Counted from the stretch's first letter, positions 1-10,229 are shown. The stretch is 64,000 nt of DNA from Bdellovibrionota bacterium (GCA_963668355.1 OY764265.1:1376001-1440000); one strand, 5' to 3'. The notes: generated by a model from the sequence alone, not told the origin. Program-made: numbers and translations.

Positions 1-702
1 GGATGCGATGTTCGCCATTCCCAGCCCACGGCGTTGTTTCAGCGTAAGTCCAAGAATTCCTCGACACATGTCATCGGTATGAATGTAGTCTCGAAACGGT
101 TTTAAGTTTCCAAGAGAGAGCGTGCGGGTGCCTGCTCGGAGTTGATTGATGATGTGGGGAATCAGGTGGGGGTTGGTTTCGTTGGGTCCATAAGCGTTGA
201 AAAGACGGCCAATGGAACAGGATGTGGAGGTTTTCAATTGGAAGTGTCGGACCAAGTGCTCCCCAGAAAGTTTGGTTAAGCCATAGATGTCCATGGGTTC
301 CGGCAACTCTTTCAGCGTATGTTTATGGGAACCGATATTGTAAACGGCGGCCGTCGAGGCAAAAAAAAGTTTTTTCGGAGGGCGTTGACTTAAGATTTCC
401 AAAAAGTTCCGCGTGCCTTCAATATTGATTTCAATCGTTTCTTTGGGGTGTTCGTTGCAAAAAGGAATGAAATGAATGGCGGCGAGGTGGAAAACCACAT
501 CAAAGGGTTGACGCAGTACACGTTTCACATTTGCTTGAGAGCGAATGTCGCCCTTGACCAAACGAACTCCTGGCCAGATATGTTCTTTTCGTCCAAACGA
601 AAGATTGTCAAAGACCGTAACGTCATATCCAAGTTGTAAAAGATGTCGAGTGAGTGTGGAGCCGATGAAGCCAGCTCCTCCTGTGACGAGCGCACGTTTC
701 AT
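1..702 (-). CDS. NAD-dependent epimerase/dehydratase (extended SDR), truncated by window edge
   Basis: Not in ORF track; translated by hand: MKRALVTGGAGFIGS...FHLAAIHF...STAAVY...YGLTK...RLFNAYGP. Has GxxGxxG and YxxxK; ATGA overlap with the upstream gene's stop. Confidence 0.9.
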   Translation of the reverse strand, partial: MKRALVTGGAGFIGSTLTRHLLQLGYDVTVFDNLSFGRKEHIWPGVRLVKGDIRSQANVKRVLRQPFDVVFHLAAIHFIPFCNEHPKETIEINIEGTRNFLEILSQRPPKKLFFASTAAVYNIGSHKHTLKELPEPMDIYGLTKLSGEHLVRHFQLKTSTSCSIGRLFNAYGPNETNPHLIPHIINQLRAGTRTLSLGNLKPFRDYIHTDDMCRGILGLTLKQRRGLGMANIAS

Positions 703-1703
703 GATTTGGATTCTCCTTCCCTTTTTCGCAGTCGTTCCGCAATGGTCTTCTCAATAGCTTCTCTGAGAGATACTTTAGGTTCCCATCCAAATAATTTTTT
801 GGCCTTGGTCAGGTCTGGAAGTCTGCGAGTGATGTCTTTGTATTCTCCGAAGATTTCTTTCATGGGAATGAATTTCAGCTTCAGTTCCTTTCCGGTACCA
901 GCCATTTCATGGATGAGTTTTGCGGTGTCAATCACGGAAAGCTCTTCATCGTTTCCGAGATTAATGATTTCTCCAACGGCTTGGTCAGATTCCATGGCTA
1001 AGATTGTACCCGTGACCAAGTCGTCTACATGGCCCATGCAGCGAGATTGAGAACCATCCCCATGAATGGGAACTTCTTGATCGTTCAAAATGGCATCAAT
1101 GAATAATGGAACGTGGCCTCCAGACCACGTAAAGCTGGCCCGCTCACTAAAGGCCCCAAAATATCGAAGAACAACAACGGGCACATCGAATTCTTTGAAA
1201 TAGGCATAACACATTTGCTCTGCGTGAAGTTTGGCTACAGCATAGGACCATCGTTTGATTAAACTCGGGCCCAATACCAAATCACCATCTTCGGAAAATG
1301 GAAGGTCAGGGGACATGCCGTAGACATCAGAAGTTGAGCCAAAAACAACCTTGGAGCCCAGTGCGCGCGCGAGCTTTAGGATGTTTTCAGTTCCCTTTGT
1401 GTTCACCGTTAATGTTCGATAACTGGAACCCTCTTCCCCAATTTTCTTGGTGGCGGCCAAGTGGACAATGATGTCCGCTTCCCGCACATTCATGAATAGA
1501 TTTTCCAAATCCAAAACATCCATGGCACTAAAGGAAAAGTTGGGATGTTCTAGACAATGTTGAATGTTTTCTTGTCGACCCACCGAAAGATCGTCACATC
1601 CGAAAACCTCATAACCTTTTTCGAGAAGGGCATCGACGAAGTGAGAGCCCACCATTCCCGCAGCCCCAGTTACAAAGACTTTTTTGCTTTTCTCGTTCTT
1701 CAT
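699..1703 (-). CDS. NAD-dependent epimerase/dehydratase (nucleotide-sugar modifying, UDP-glucuronate decarboxylase-like)
   Basis: TGAAGMVGSH Rossmann motif, HLAA, STSDVYG, YAVAK. Confidence 0.9.
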   Translation of the reverse strand: MKNEKSKKVFVTGAAGMVGSHFVDALLEKGYEVFGCDDLSVGRQENIQHCLEHPNFSFSAMDVLDLENLFMNVREADIIVHLAATKKIGEEGSSYRTLTVNTKGTENILKLARALGSKVVFGSTSDVYGMSPDLPFSEDGDLVLGPSLIKRWSYAVAKLHAEQMCYAYFKEFDVPVVVLRYFGAFSERASFTWSGGHVPLFIDAILNDQEVPIHGDGSQSRCMGHVDDLVTGTILAMESDQAVGEIINLGNDEELSVIDTAKLIHEMAGTGKELKLKFIPMKEIFGEYKDITRRLPDLTKAKKLFGWEPKVSLREAIEKTIAERLRKREGESKS

Positions 1704-1711
1704 GCGAACTC

Positions 1712-2458
1712 CTAAATTACATGTCTTTTAAAGAAGTTGAAAAGCAGAATGCCCACATGCTCTCGGATGGTTCGGAGTATGCGCATTTTGCTTTTTCCTC
1801 CTTTTTGATCATATCTCACGATCATGGGAACTTCTTTCATGAACACAGGAACGCTTCGAAGTCTCACGAGAAGCTCGGCCATGGATCCGAAGCCTTTGGC
1901 CAGGAAAAGATTCCCCCCCAAGGCTTTTTGGCTTTTTTTCAAGGAGTCCACGCGGTAGCCCCGATAAAATCCTGTGTACTCACGAATTCCTCGAACCGGA
2001 TAGAGAATGCGGTAAAGGAAATTGCATCCAAGGGTTAGAATGTAGCGCAGAAAAGGCACGCCAATCATCATGCCGCCAGGGGCAAAAATGGATGCAATTA
2101 CGAGTTCATACCCCTCTCTCAATGCGGCAACGATCATTCCGACAGTTCTCGTGCTATGTGTGTTGTCAGCATCCATCGTGATGACGAAGTCACTCTCATT
2201 GGCCGTTTCAAGAATGTGATTGAATCCCGTCAAAAAGGCTCCTCCGGGTCCTTGGTTCTTAGAATGTTGAAGAATGTCCAAGGGAAGATCTCTGGCAAGT
2301 TCTTTCAGGAGAGCAACGGAGTTGTCTGTGCTCGCATCATCTACGGCAAGAATTCGATATTCCAGGTTCAACTCTTGTGCAATTTGAGTGATTGTGCCCG
2401 TCAAGCGCTGGAGATTTTCGGCTTCGTTGTAGACGGGAAGTAAAAAATAGGTGACCAC
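1712..2458 (-). CDS. Glycosyltransferase family 2 (polyprenol-phosphate glycosyltransferase-like)
   Basis: LPVYNEAENL, VDDASTD, NQGPGGA, TMDAD (DxD). Confidence 0.88.
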   Translation of the reverse strand: MVTYFLLPVYNEAENLQRLTGTITQIAQELNLEYRILAVDDASTDNSVALLKELARDLPLDILQHSKNQGPGGAFLTGFNHILETANESDFVITMDADNTHSTRTVGMIVAALREGYELVIASIFAPGGMMIGVPFLRYILTLGCNFLYRILYPVRGIREYTGFYRGYRVDSLKKSQKALGGNLFLAKGFGSMAELLVRLRSVPVFMKEVPMIVRYDQKGGKSKMRILRTIREHVGILLFNFFKRHVI

Positions 2459-2495
2459 AATGTAAGGCTAACAGAGCCGAATATTTTGCCCAAAT

Positions 2496-3452
2496 CTAAT
2501 GTGTCAAGATGCGAAAGAGAGGGCCTGTTTGAATGTCAAATGTTGTCTCCAAAGGCAGGATGTCGCCATCCAACATCGGGAGAAGAGGCTTTTGAAGTGT
2601 AAACGAAAGGTGTGTTCTCGGTTGTTGAACGATGTTCGGGCTTTGTACCGGATAACCCAAGAACATCGTGGGAAGATCTGCCAAAACGTGTTTTGGAGGG
2701 GTCCTAAAGATCAAAAGGCCCAGCGTATTGTTTTCTGCGCTGGCTCCATAATAAGGCTTGGAGGTGAAGCCATTATTTACGATGGATGCCACACTGATGT
2801 TTGTGACGTTCATTTCGACCTCCTCTTCATCCAAGACTAGGGTGACGGAAAAGGAGGGGAAGAGCTTGCGAGAGAGCGATCCATTTTTGATCGCTGAAAA
2901 TACGGTCTTGAGGACCAACGAGATTCCTCTTAGGGGCGTAGGGTCTGGGTGGTCTCTGTAAGCTTGAACGAAATTAGAAAAACCTCCGACCGCAAAAATG
3001 AATCCATGATCGTGGTTTACTCGGAGAAGTCTGCGTTTTTTATAATGAAGAGGCTGCTTCTGGTCAGCGCGTTTTAGGATGTGTTTCAGTTGCCGGATGG
3101 GGGAACGCCAAATCCCCAGACCTCCGGCCACAACGTTCATGGTTCCCCCTTTTAAGATTCCAATACGAGGAAAAGGTTCCTCTTCATATATGGAAATGAG
3201 TGTGGAAAGCGTTTGGCGTAGCGTTCCATCTCCGCCACAAATGAGGATCGTGTTCTTTTGCTGCTTCTGAATGGCTGTCAGGACAGTTGGAAGTTCATCG
3301 GGAGAGTTCGTGACGAAAAAGGGTCCACGATCACCAAACAACGTTCGTAGCTCCTCAATCAGTTGAGGTCTGCGACGGACTTTTCGACTGTTTGCGTTGA
3401 TGATTAATGCAAAAGATTCTCGCATAATCCGATGAAACCAGAGATGGAACAC
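2496..3452 (-). CDS. Diacylglycerol/lipid kinase family protein (start probably at MRESFALI)
   Basis: IINANS, CGGDGT, GGTMNVVA, LDGD motifs. Confidence 0.8.
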   Translation of the reverse strand: MFHLWFHRIMRESFALIINANSRKVRRRPQLIEELRTLFGDRGPFFVTNSPDELPTVLTAIQKQQKNTILICGGDGTLRQTLSTLISIYEEEPFPRIGILKGGTMNVVAGGLGIWRSPIRQLKHILKRADQKQPLHYKKRRLLRVNHDHGFIFAVGGFSNFVQAYRDHPDPTPLRGISLVLKTVFSAIKNGSLSRKLFPSFSVTLVLDEEEVEMNVTNISVASIVNNGFTSKPYYGASAENNTLGLLIFRTPPKHVLADLPTMFLGYPVQSPNIVQQPRTHLSFTLQKPLLPMLDGDILPLETTFDIQTGPLFRILTH

Positions 3453-3540
3453 TTCGCAAGCTTTTCAGCCAAAATCTCTAAGCCATTGTTTTTTAGAAAG
3501 AATCAAATCTTCTTTCGTGTTGACGGGTTTCGTGAAGCGT

Positions 3541-5313
3541 TCAACTTGGATTTAATCGAGATCGAATGAGGGAATAAGAGGGCTGGGCCGATGGGCTTTC
3601 GGCATTAACTTGGAGGAAGTAAAAGGCTTCAGAAGAAACACCTGAATTATTCATGAGAAACGTATGGGGTGGAAGCTCCTGTCCCGAAACAATCAGTTCC
3701 CCATTTGGCGAAAAAAGATCCAGAGCATAACTTTGGTTTCCACTTCGTCTTGTGCGGGCCAAAAAGCCCCGTTTGTTGACAGCGATTTGACTGACAATTC
3801 CCCATTTTTTCTCAAAGGCCAAACGATCTTCTTCGGTCACGGAGCGAACGGCCTCGCGCACGATCTGCCGACGGCGATTTCTCAATTTTTTTTCGGCTTC
3901 GGATTTTTGGCACTTCTCTTTGGATAGCCAGCAATGAAGGTCTGGATCAGAAACGTCATAAATCTGTCGTTCTAAGATGGGGACTTGACCCGAGAGGGAA
4001 TAAACGTTTGTGACCGGACTGTACTCTGAGTGGACATAGAGTTTTTGAGCGCCATCCAGTGCGTAAAAATTTCGAACTGTGAGATGGTTAAGTTCAAACC
4101 AGTAATTGTATTTGAGTTTCTTGAAGCGTTCTTCCCGAGGCAGATCCATGACAATCAAGAAATCCTGGACCAAATCCCGATTCTCTGTGTCCAAGGATTG
4201 ACTCAGATTTCGAAGCTGCGCAATCAATTGACTCCATTGACGGAAGAAGGGCCCTTTTCTTTGCTCTTTGAAAATGTCCGAGATGTTGAGTTTTTTGAAG
4301 CGTTCATGGTTTGCTGCGTTGCCTAGGTTTTTATGGAAATGTTTTAAAGCCGTCTTTAAGAGGAAGGGTTCGATATTTTTCCAATCTTCTTGAATTGGAA
4401 AATCGGGCAATTCAATGGAAGCCAGGCGAGGTTCAAACATCGAGTACCCGCCCTTCTCCAAAAATGAAATGTAATTTTCGGGATAGGTGGGTTCTCCCGC
4501 CATTGCGGTTGCTGGATAGGTGCGGTTGTGGATGAGATACTCTTGAAGAGAAATTCCCTCTCCCCCATCTTTTCGCGGATATTCATCCATTTTTTGAAGT
4601 TCGCCTTTGGTTACGGGGCGATTTTTGTCTCCGAAAACCATGAGTTCAGAGATTTCTCGCTCTCGATTCCATAGACCAAAGATGCGCTTGCCATCTGAAA
4701 GAGGAAAGAGAGCTTCCACAAAATACACATTCGATCCGCGCTTTTTGCTGTAGGCAAAATCGTTGGCAAATGGAATGGAAACGGAAAGGCTTTGGTTCTG
4801 CGGAGAACGGTCAAACTCAAGAACGGCATTGAGAAGCTGTTGTGGTGCATGAGAAAGGGCAAGAAAGCCGGATTTGGCATTGAAACCCATCAAAGAAATC
4901 CACATATCGGGGGAAGTGAAAGAGCTGATTGTGGCTGGTTTTTCTTTATCCAGAGAGGCTTCTCCGTAGAAAAAATCTTGCGAACCGCAGCTTTGAGTTG
5001 AAGGTGAGGGATCATAGGAAAGAGGAAGGTAAACCCGACGTTCATTTTCGGAAACGACGATGGGTTTCTGGGTTCGAATGCGAGAAATGCCTGAGTCTTG
5101 TGTCGTCGAAAAAACGTTTCGGTTGGAAAGAGGAAGTGAAGGAGTCTTTTGAAACGCTGTGGCGGGTATTTCAAAAGATTGATTCCGAAAGACCTTGTCG
5201 AAGTTTGACGACGAGGCGCATGCAATTCGTTTTTCTAACCCCCAGCCCAGAAGCGTGACGAACACAAGCAGGGTGAGAAAGAGAAAAATTTTTTTTGAAA
5301 TGAGTTTTGACAA
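3541..5313 (-). CDS. Hypothetical exported/membrane-anchored protein, possible beta-propeller C-terminus
   Basis: Long ORF (track start 5442); N-terminal hydrophobic helix follows TTG at 5313; C-terminal YALDLFSPNGEL blade-like motif. Confidence 0.55.
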   Translation of the reverse strand: MSKLISKKIFLFLTLLVFVTLLGWGLEKRIACASSSNFDKVFRNQSFEIPATAFQKTPSLPLSNRNVFSTTQDSGISRIRTQKPIVVSENERRVYLPLSYDPSPSTQSCGSQDFFYGEASLDKEKPATISSFTSPDMWISLMGFNAKSGFLALSHAPQQLLNAVLEFDRSPQNQSLSVSIPFANDFAYSKKRGSNVYFVEALFPLSDGKRIFGLWNREREISELMVFGDKNRPVTKGELQKMDEYPRKDGGEGISLQEYLIHNRTYPATAMAGEPTYPENYISFLEKGGYSMFEPRLASIELPDFPIQEDWKNIEPFLLKTALKHFHKNLGNAANHERFKKLNISDIFKEQRKGPFFRQWSQLIAQLRNLSQSLDTENRDLVQDFLIVMDLPREERFKKLKYNYWFELNHLTVRNFYALDGAQKLYVHSEYSPVTNVYSLSGQVPILERQIYDVSDPDLHCWLSKEKCQKSEAEKKLRNRRRQIVREAVRSVTEEDRLAFEKKWGIVSQIAVNKRGFLARTRRSGNQSYALDLFSPNGELIVSGQELPPHTFLMNNSGVSSEAFYFLQVNAESPSAQPSYSLIRSRLNPS

Positions 5314-5327
5314 AATGATTTGAAAAA

Positions 5328-5567
5328 ATGAGAAGGGTGGTCGAGGGCCACCCTTCTCAAAAGAAACATTACCAAAACCCCGGCGTGTTTGCCACCTATG
5401 ATGTGTTTGATTCTGCTGGGAGATTCCAACAAGAGGTTTCATTGGAGTTGGAAGGAGATCCAGAAAACGACCGTCTTTTCTGGCTGGATGATGACCACGT
5501 CATTCGTTTGCAAGAAGGAGAGGACGCGGAGTCTTTGGAGCTGATTTACTACGAACTCATTCAGTAG
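5328..5567 (+). pseudogene. Probable C-terminal fragment of a beta-propeller-type protein
   Basis: TYDVFDSAGRFQQEV...LELIYYEL reads as a terminal blade; no signal peptide or N-terminal part. Confidence 0.4.
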
Positions 5568-5569
5568 TT

Positions 5570-6646
5570 TTAAAGATTTTTCAAGATTTGAGCGATTTTT
5601 TCAGCGGCCTTTCCGTCTCCGTAGTACCTGCGTGTTGGAAAACGTTTGAGAGGGGGACGGTTTAGACTTTGTGTGAGGGCCTTTTTGATTTTTGTTTCTT
5701 TGGCCCCCAGAAGTTGGTTCCACCCCGACTCGACGGTTTCGACCCACTCGGTTTCATCCCGTAGCGTGTAGCAAGGTTTCCCGAGAACCACCGCTTCCTT
5801 TTGCATGCCCCCGGAGTCCGTCCAAACCGCTTGGGATTGGTCTTGTAAAAGAATCATCTCCAAATAGCTTACAGGTTTATAGGGCCGGACGGTGTTCGGA
5901 AGAGACAGATTCTCTTTCTTCAAAATGGCCGACGTTCGGGGGTGAATGGGAAAAATGATCGGAAGGGGGCTGCAAGAGAGACCTTTCAGTATGGCCCGCA
6001 ATCGAGATAAGTCGTTGGTGTTTTCGGCTCGATGCAATGTAAGAACGAAATACGGTTCTTCTGGAATCAGGGATTGAAAGTTTTTCTTCGACATCTTCTG
6101 GGCTTGGGTCCGAAAAAAATAAATGGCGTCAATCATGACGTCCCCCACGCGATGAATGCCTTTTCGAATGCCTTCCTTTTTTAGGTGAGATGCGGCCACT
6201 GCGGTGGGGACAAAGAGGGTGGTGGAAAGCCGGTCGGAAATGATGCGATTGATTTCTTCCGGCATCCTGGGATTGAAACTCCGAAGCCCTGCCTCTACAT
6301 GTGCAATGGGGATGTGAAGTTTTGAGGCCGCCAATGCTCCTGCGGTCGTTGAGTTCGTGTCACCGTATATTAGAAGGCAATCGGGCTTGAGTTTTAGACA
6401 TTCCTGTTCAATGCCTTCGAGCATTCGCGCGGTTTGCTCTCCCTGAGGTCCCGAACCGACCTTTAGGTTTTTATAGGGACGAGGAATCTTGAGTTGATCG
6501 AAAAAGATTTTGGACATTTCGGGGTCGTAATGTTGCCCCGTATGAAGGACCTTTTCTTGAATGTTTCGATGTTTTTTGAGGGCCTTGGAGACCATTGCGG
6601 CTTTGACGAACTGGGGCCGAGCTCCAACGATGGTTAAGATTTTCAC
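5570..6646 (-). CDS. wecB: UDP-N-acetylglucosamine 2-epimerase (non-hydrolysing)
   Basis: GARPQFVK, HTGQHYD, YGDTNST, HVEAGLRS, TDSGGMQKEA, RDETEW. Confidence 0.95.
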   Translation of the reverse strand: MKILTIVGARPQFVKAAMVSKALKKHRNIQEKVLHTGQHYDPEMSKIFFDQLKIPRPYKNLKVGSGPQGEQTARMLEGIEQECLKLKPDCLLIYGDTNSTTAGALAASKLHIPIAHVEAGLRSFNPRMPEEINRIISDRLSTTLFVPTAVAASHLKKEGIRKGIHRVGDVMIDAIYFFRTQAQKMSKKNFQSLIPEEPYFVLTLHRAENTNDLSRLRAILKGLSCSPLPIIFPIHPRTSAILKKENLSLPNTVRPYKPVSYLEMILLQDQSQAVWTDSGGMQKEAVVLGKPCYTLRDETEWVETVESGWNQLLGAKETKIKKALTQSLNRPPLKRFPTRRYYGDGKAAEKIAQILKNL

Positions 6647-7830
6647 GATGAAATCTCCTTAAGAACGGTTTCATAGGATTCAAAGGCGTGTTCATGCCCC
6701 CCATTTTGCTCGATCCATGTGCGACCGTTTTCTCCCAAGCGCTTCAATTCATCTCGTTTGTGAACGGCATCTCGGAGGAAATCCACTAACCGATTTACAT
6801 GGGGGCCACAAACCATTCCACATCCAGCCTCTTGAACGATTTTTGCCACGTCATTCGATTCGGACATATTCACCAAAACCGGTCGTCCTACAGCCAGAAC
6901 GCCATAGATCTTGCTGGGAACGATGTAGCCATCAAAAGCGGGAAGCAGGGATACGTAATGAAGATCTGCGCTACCCAGGGATTCGGCAAGCATGCCCTTG
7001 GGTTGATAAGGAAGCAACCGAATGTTGTGGAGGTTTCGTTTTTGGATTTCTTGTTTTAAATATTCTTTGCGATTGCCATTTCCAATGATGAGAAAGCGAA
7101 TATGTTCCTCTTCCTTGGTCTGGTCAGCGGCTTCAAGCAGGGTGTCAAAGTCTTGAGAGACGCCAATGTTTCCAGAATGCATGATCAGCAGGTCTTCTTC
7201 GGCAATGCCGTGACTTTTTCGAAAATCGGCACCCAAACCGGGACGCAAAGACTCTAAGTCTTGCCAATTGGGAATCACGGATAAACGATTGCCAGGAACC
7301 CCTTTCTGTATCAGACGCTCTCTCATGTCATGACCCACAACGACAACGTGGTCTGCAGATCGCAAAATAAATGCGCTGGCTTTTTTTAATATGGATAGGC
7401 TGAGCCAATTATTCATGCGGCCTGCAGCGATGGCAATTTCCGGATAGACATCTTGAGAAACGAAAAGGAATTTGCTTCCCTTGAACTTGCGTAGCCAACC
7501 GGCAACGACTCCAATGATGGGAGGGTCGCTCCATGCCATGATGACATCGTATTTGGGTAGGGAGAACGTTTTCCAAAAAGCTCCGCCCAGAAAAAGAACG
7601 TAATTCAAGAGACGAAAGAAAAGAGAAGATCGGTTCTGTCCGAAGAGGGGGACTCGATGCACGACAATTTTTGGATGGGGCTTCAGCGTCGGATCGGGAT
7701 CGTACGTCGGGGTGCCACAGACGACATGTACCTCATGGTTTTGAGTTAAATGAGCAGCTAGTTGTCCGAGCAATTGAGCGGTCGCGGCTTGGTCCGGTAG
7801 GAAGTATTGGTTCAGAATCAGAAGTTTCAT
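6643..7830 (-). CDS. Glycosyltransferase family 4 (WcaI/WbuB-like)
   Basis: Start at MKLLILNQYFLPD (7830); SDPP, QDVYPE, HSGNIG, VPSKIY. Confidence 0.9.
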   Translation of the reverse strand: MKLLILNQYFLPDQAATAQLLGQLAAHLTQNHEVHVVCGTPTYDPDPTLKPHPKIVVHRVPLFGQNRSSLFFRLLNYVLFLGGAFWKTFSLPKYDVIMAWSDPPIIGVVAGWLRKFKGSKFLFVSQDVYPEIAIAAGRMNNWLSLSILKKASAFILRSADHVVVVGHDMRERLIQKGVPGNRLSVIPNWQDLESLRPGLGADFRKSHGIAEEDLLIMHSGNIGVSQDFDTLLEAADQTKEEEHIRFLIIGNGNRKEYLKQEIQKRNLHNIRLLPYQPKGMLAESLGSADLHYVSLLPAFDGYIVPSKIYGVLAVGRPVLVNMSESNDVAKIVQEAGCGMVCGPHVNRLVDFLRDAVHKRDELKRLGENGRTWIEQNGGHEHAFESYETVLKEISS

Positions 7831-8114
7831 TTTTTTTGGGGTTGAATAACTTCTCCAGGCTTTATCTGACTTTTTGTTTTTACATTGGCTTTGGCTACGA
7901 CAATGGCTCCATCTCCCAGAGTCGCATGGGCTCCAATTTTTGCGCCTTCTCCCACAATGCAGCGAGAACCTAATGTGACATTTCTTCCAATGTGGGCTTT
8001 GTCTGAGATGACGCTTCCCGCTCCAATTACGGTTTGGTCTCCGATTGTGCAATGACCAATGGAGCAATTTTCCGCAATTCTTACTTTTTTCCCAATTTTG
8101 ACTCGATGGACCAT
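7827..8114 (-). CDS. Small hexapeptide-repeat (left-handed beta-helix) protein
   Basis: Continuous [IVL]G-x4 repeats (KIGKKV RIAENC SIGHCT IGDQTV IGAGSV); ATGA overlap with GT4. Confidence 0.8.
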   Translation of the reverse strand: MVHRVKIGKKVRIAENCSIGHCTIGDQTVIGAGSVISDKAHIGRNVTLGSRCIVGEGAKIGAHATLGDGAIVVAKANVKTKSQIKPGEVIQPQKK

Positions 8115-8137
8115 GGATTCTGCAATATACCTTAGCT

Positions 8138-8548
8138 ATGGCTGGAAAGGGCACAAATTTGGAAATTGTTGGCGTGGGGGTGGACTTGGAGGAGGTTCAT
8201 TCTTTTCGTGAAAAATCGATGGAAAAAGATGCTCGTTTTTTTTCGCGACTGTTTTCAGATGAGGAGATGCGCTATTGCCAAAAGCATCGAGATCCGGCTC
8301 CCTTTTTCACGGCGCGCTTTTGTGCCAAGGAGGCTTTGGTAAAGGCTGCGCGAAAAGTTGTGGATATTCAAGTCACCGAATCTCAGGTGGAGAAAGAAGA
8401 AGGAGGCGCGCCTTTTCTTCAGCCGCGTTCCAAGCGAGAAGAAGTTCTGCGTTTTTTTCAAGAGCATGACGTGCATCTTTCGTTGAGCCATACGAAAGAT
8501 TTGGCTACGGCATTTGTGGTGGTTGTCTCCAAAGACACAAAGCAATAG
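8138..8548 (+). CDS. acpS: Holo-[acyl-carrier-protein] synthase
   Basis: GVGVDL, ARFCAKEALVKA, LSLSHT. Confidence 0.92.
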   Translation: MAGKGTNLEIVGVGVDLEEVHSFREKSMEKDARFFSRLFSDEEMRYCQKHRDPAPFFTARFCAKEALVKAARKVVDIQVTESQVEKEEGGAPFLQPRSKREEVLRFFQEHDVHLSLSHTKDLATAFVVVVSKDTKQ

Positions 8549-8557
8549 GATGGATAC

Positions 8558-9424
8558 GTGATTTACAGCATGACAGGGTTTGGTCGGGGTGCCGTCGAAG
8601 AGGGCGGATATCGGTATGTGGTAGAAGCGCGCTCGGTAAACAACCGCTACTGCGAGGTTCGCATTCAAGCGCCGAAGGAGTTGCTTGAGTTCGAACACAA
8701 GCTGACTCATCAAATCAAAGAAGGTTTTGCTCGCGGAAAATTCGATTTGGTTTTGAAAACCGAGCGTTATTCTGAAAGAGAGAGCATTCGAAAAGGCGAT
8801 GAGGCTGTGGTTCGTTGTTGGAAAGACTTGGAACGTCTTCGGAAAAAATTGGGATTGAAAGAACCCGTTTCTTTGGAAATTGCCCTGGAACGAACGCCTG
8901 CACATATGTCCAATAAGACGATGAGCCATCGCGTGAAAATGTTTGAAAAGGCCTCCCAAGAAGCCCTTAAAAAATTAAGAGATTCTCGCTTAAAAGAGGG
9001 AAAGGTCTTGGCCAAAGACATCCAAGGTCGCATTCAGCTGCTTAAGCGAATTGTGGCGGAGATTGAGCGTAAGGCCAAAGGTGCCGCCAAATTTCGTTTC
9101 AAGCGAGCGAAAGATCGATTGAATCAATTATTGAAAGAGAACGAAATCGACAGCGCCCGGCTGAATATGGAAATCGCCTTGCTGGTTGAAAAGAGTGATG
9201 TAACGGAAGAAATCGTCCGTTTGAAGAGCCATTTGAATCGATTGAAAGAGACGTTAAAAATCAAAGAAAGTATGGGGCGCAAACTCGACTTTCTTTTGCA
9301 GGAGGTCAATCGGGAAATCAATACGATTGGCTCCAAGACGGTTGACTTAGGGGTCACCAACGATGTGGTTCAAGTGAAGGCAGAAATCGAGAAGATTCGT
9401 GAACAAAGCCAGAACCTCGAATAA
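8558..9424 (+). CDS. yicC: YicC/YloC family endoribonuclease
   Basis: SMTGFG, SVNNRY, EEIVRLKSH, GRKLDFLLQEVNREINTIGSK, IEKIREQ; upstream of gmk. Confidence 0.95.
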   Translation: MIYSMTGFGRGAVEEGGYRYVVEARSVNNRYCEVRIQAPKELLEFEHKLTHQIKEGFARGKFDLVLKTERYSERESIRKGDEAVVRCWKDLERLRKKLGLKEPVSLEIALERTPAHMSNKTMSHRVKMFEKASQEALKKLRDSRLKEGKVLAKDIQGRIQLLKRIVAEIERKAKGAAKFRFKRAKDRLNQLLKENEIDSARLNMEIALLVEKSDVTEEIVRLKSHLNRLKETLKIKESMGRKLDFLLQEVNREINTIGSKTVDLGVTNDVVQVKAEIEKIREQSQNLE

Positions 9425-10016
9425 AGGAATTTTGTTTGTTGTTTCAGCCCCTTCTGGAGCTGGGAAAACAACGATTGTCACTCAAGCGATCCAAAAAGAT
9501 CGTAGGCTGAAGCGCACGGTTTCCCACACCACGCGATCTCCTCGAACAGGGGAACGGCACGGGAAAGATTACTTCTTTGTGGATTCGAACATGTTTTCAC
9601 AGATGAAGAAAAAGGGAGAGTTTGTTGAGTCGGCCCGCGTGTATCAAGAATCTTATGGCACCTCTTATAAAACGATTCAATCGGGACTGAAGACTGGGAA
9701 AGATATGGTCCTGGTGATCGAGGGCAAGGGGGCCAAGCAAATCAAAAAGAAATATGCCGATGCGGTGTTCATCCTTCTCTTGCCCCCGAGTTTAAAGGAA
9801 CTCAGGAAGCGGATTCGTGGGCGTGGAGATACTCCAGCCAAGACTTTGGCCTTGCGTGAGGCTGCGGCCAAGGCGGAGGTGCGTGGGATGGCTTGGTATG
9901 ATTATGTCGTTGTGAATGACAAAAAATCTCAGGCTGTGAAAGAGCTCCTCAACATCGTCACCAGCGAACGCCTCAAGCTTGGCCGAAACAAGCAGTTGGT
10001 AAAAAATTTCTCTTAA
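9399..10016 (+). CDS. gmk: Guanylate kinase
   Basis: SAPSGAGKTT P-loop, SHTTRSPR.GE.HG.DYFF, YGT. Confidence 0.95.
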   Translation: MNKARTSNKGILFVVSAPSGAGKTTIVTQAIQKDRRLKRTVSHTTRSPRTGERHGKDYFFVDSNMFSQMKKKGEFVESARVYQESYGTSYKTIQSGLKTGKDMVLVIEGKGAKQIKKKYADAVFILLLPPSLKELRKRIRGRGDTPAKTLALREAAAKAEVRGMAWYDYVVVNDKKSQAVKELLNIVTSERLKLGRNKQLVKNFS

Positions 10017-10101
10017 CATCGTAAGAAGCGCGACATCCGTCGCGCAAGAGCTTTCTTCGGGGCGTAAAATAAGCCGAGGAGATTTTGTGGGAGGGTCCTG
10101 A

Positions 10102-10160
10102 CCGACAGGGAAAGGGGCTCGCTGCGCCCCAACAGCGCTCGGAGCCCCTTTCCCTGTCGG
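10102..10160. repeat. Perfect 19-bp inverted repeat (hairpin)
   Basis: CCGACAGGGAAAGGGGCTC (10102-10120) / GAGCCCCTTTCCCTGTCGG (10142-10160). Confidence 0.9.
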
Positions 10161-10229
10161 CCACCCTTTCAACATATCCAACTGTTTTTCTAATTTTTCC
10201 AAGAAGAAGCTTTGCGTCTGAAGGTCTAA

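Noticed and set aside
7831..8154. N-terminal extension of the 503-aa GT4 ORF
   Set aside because: It overlaps the hexapeptide gene in another frame; GT4 similarity starts at Met 7830 with an ATGA junction.
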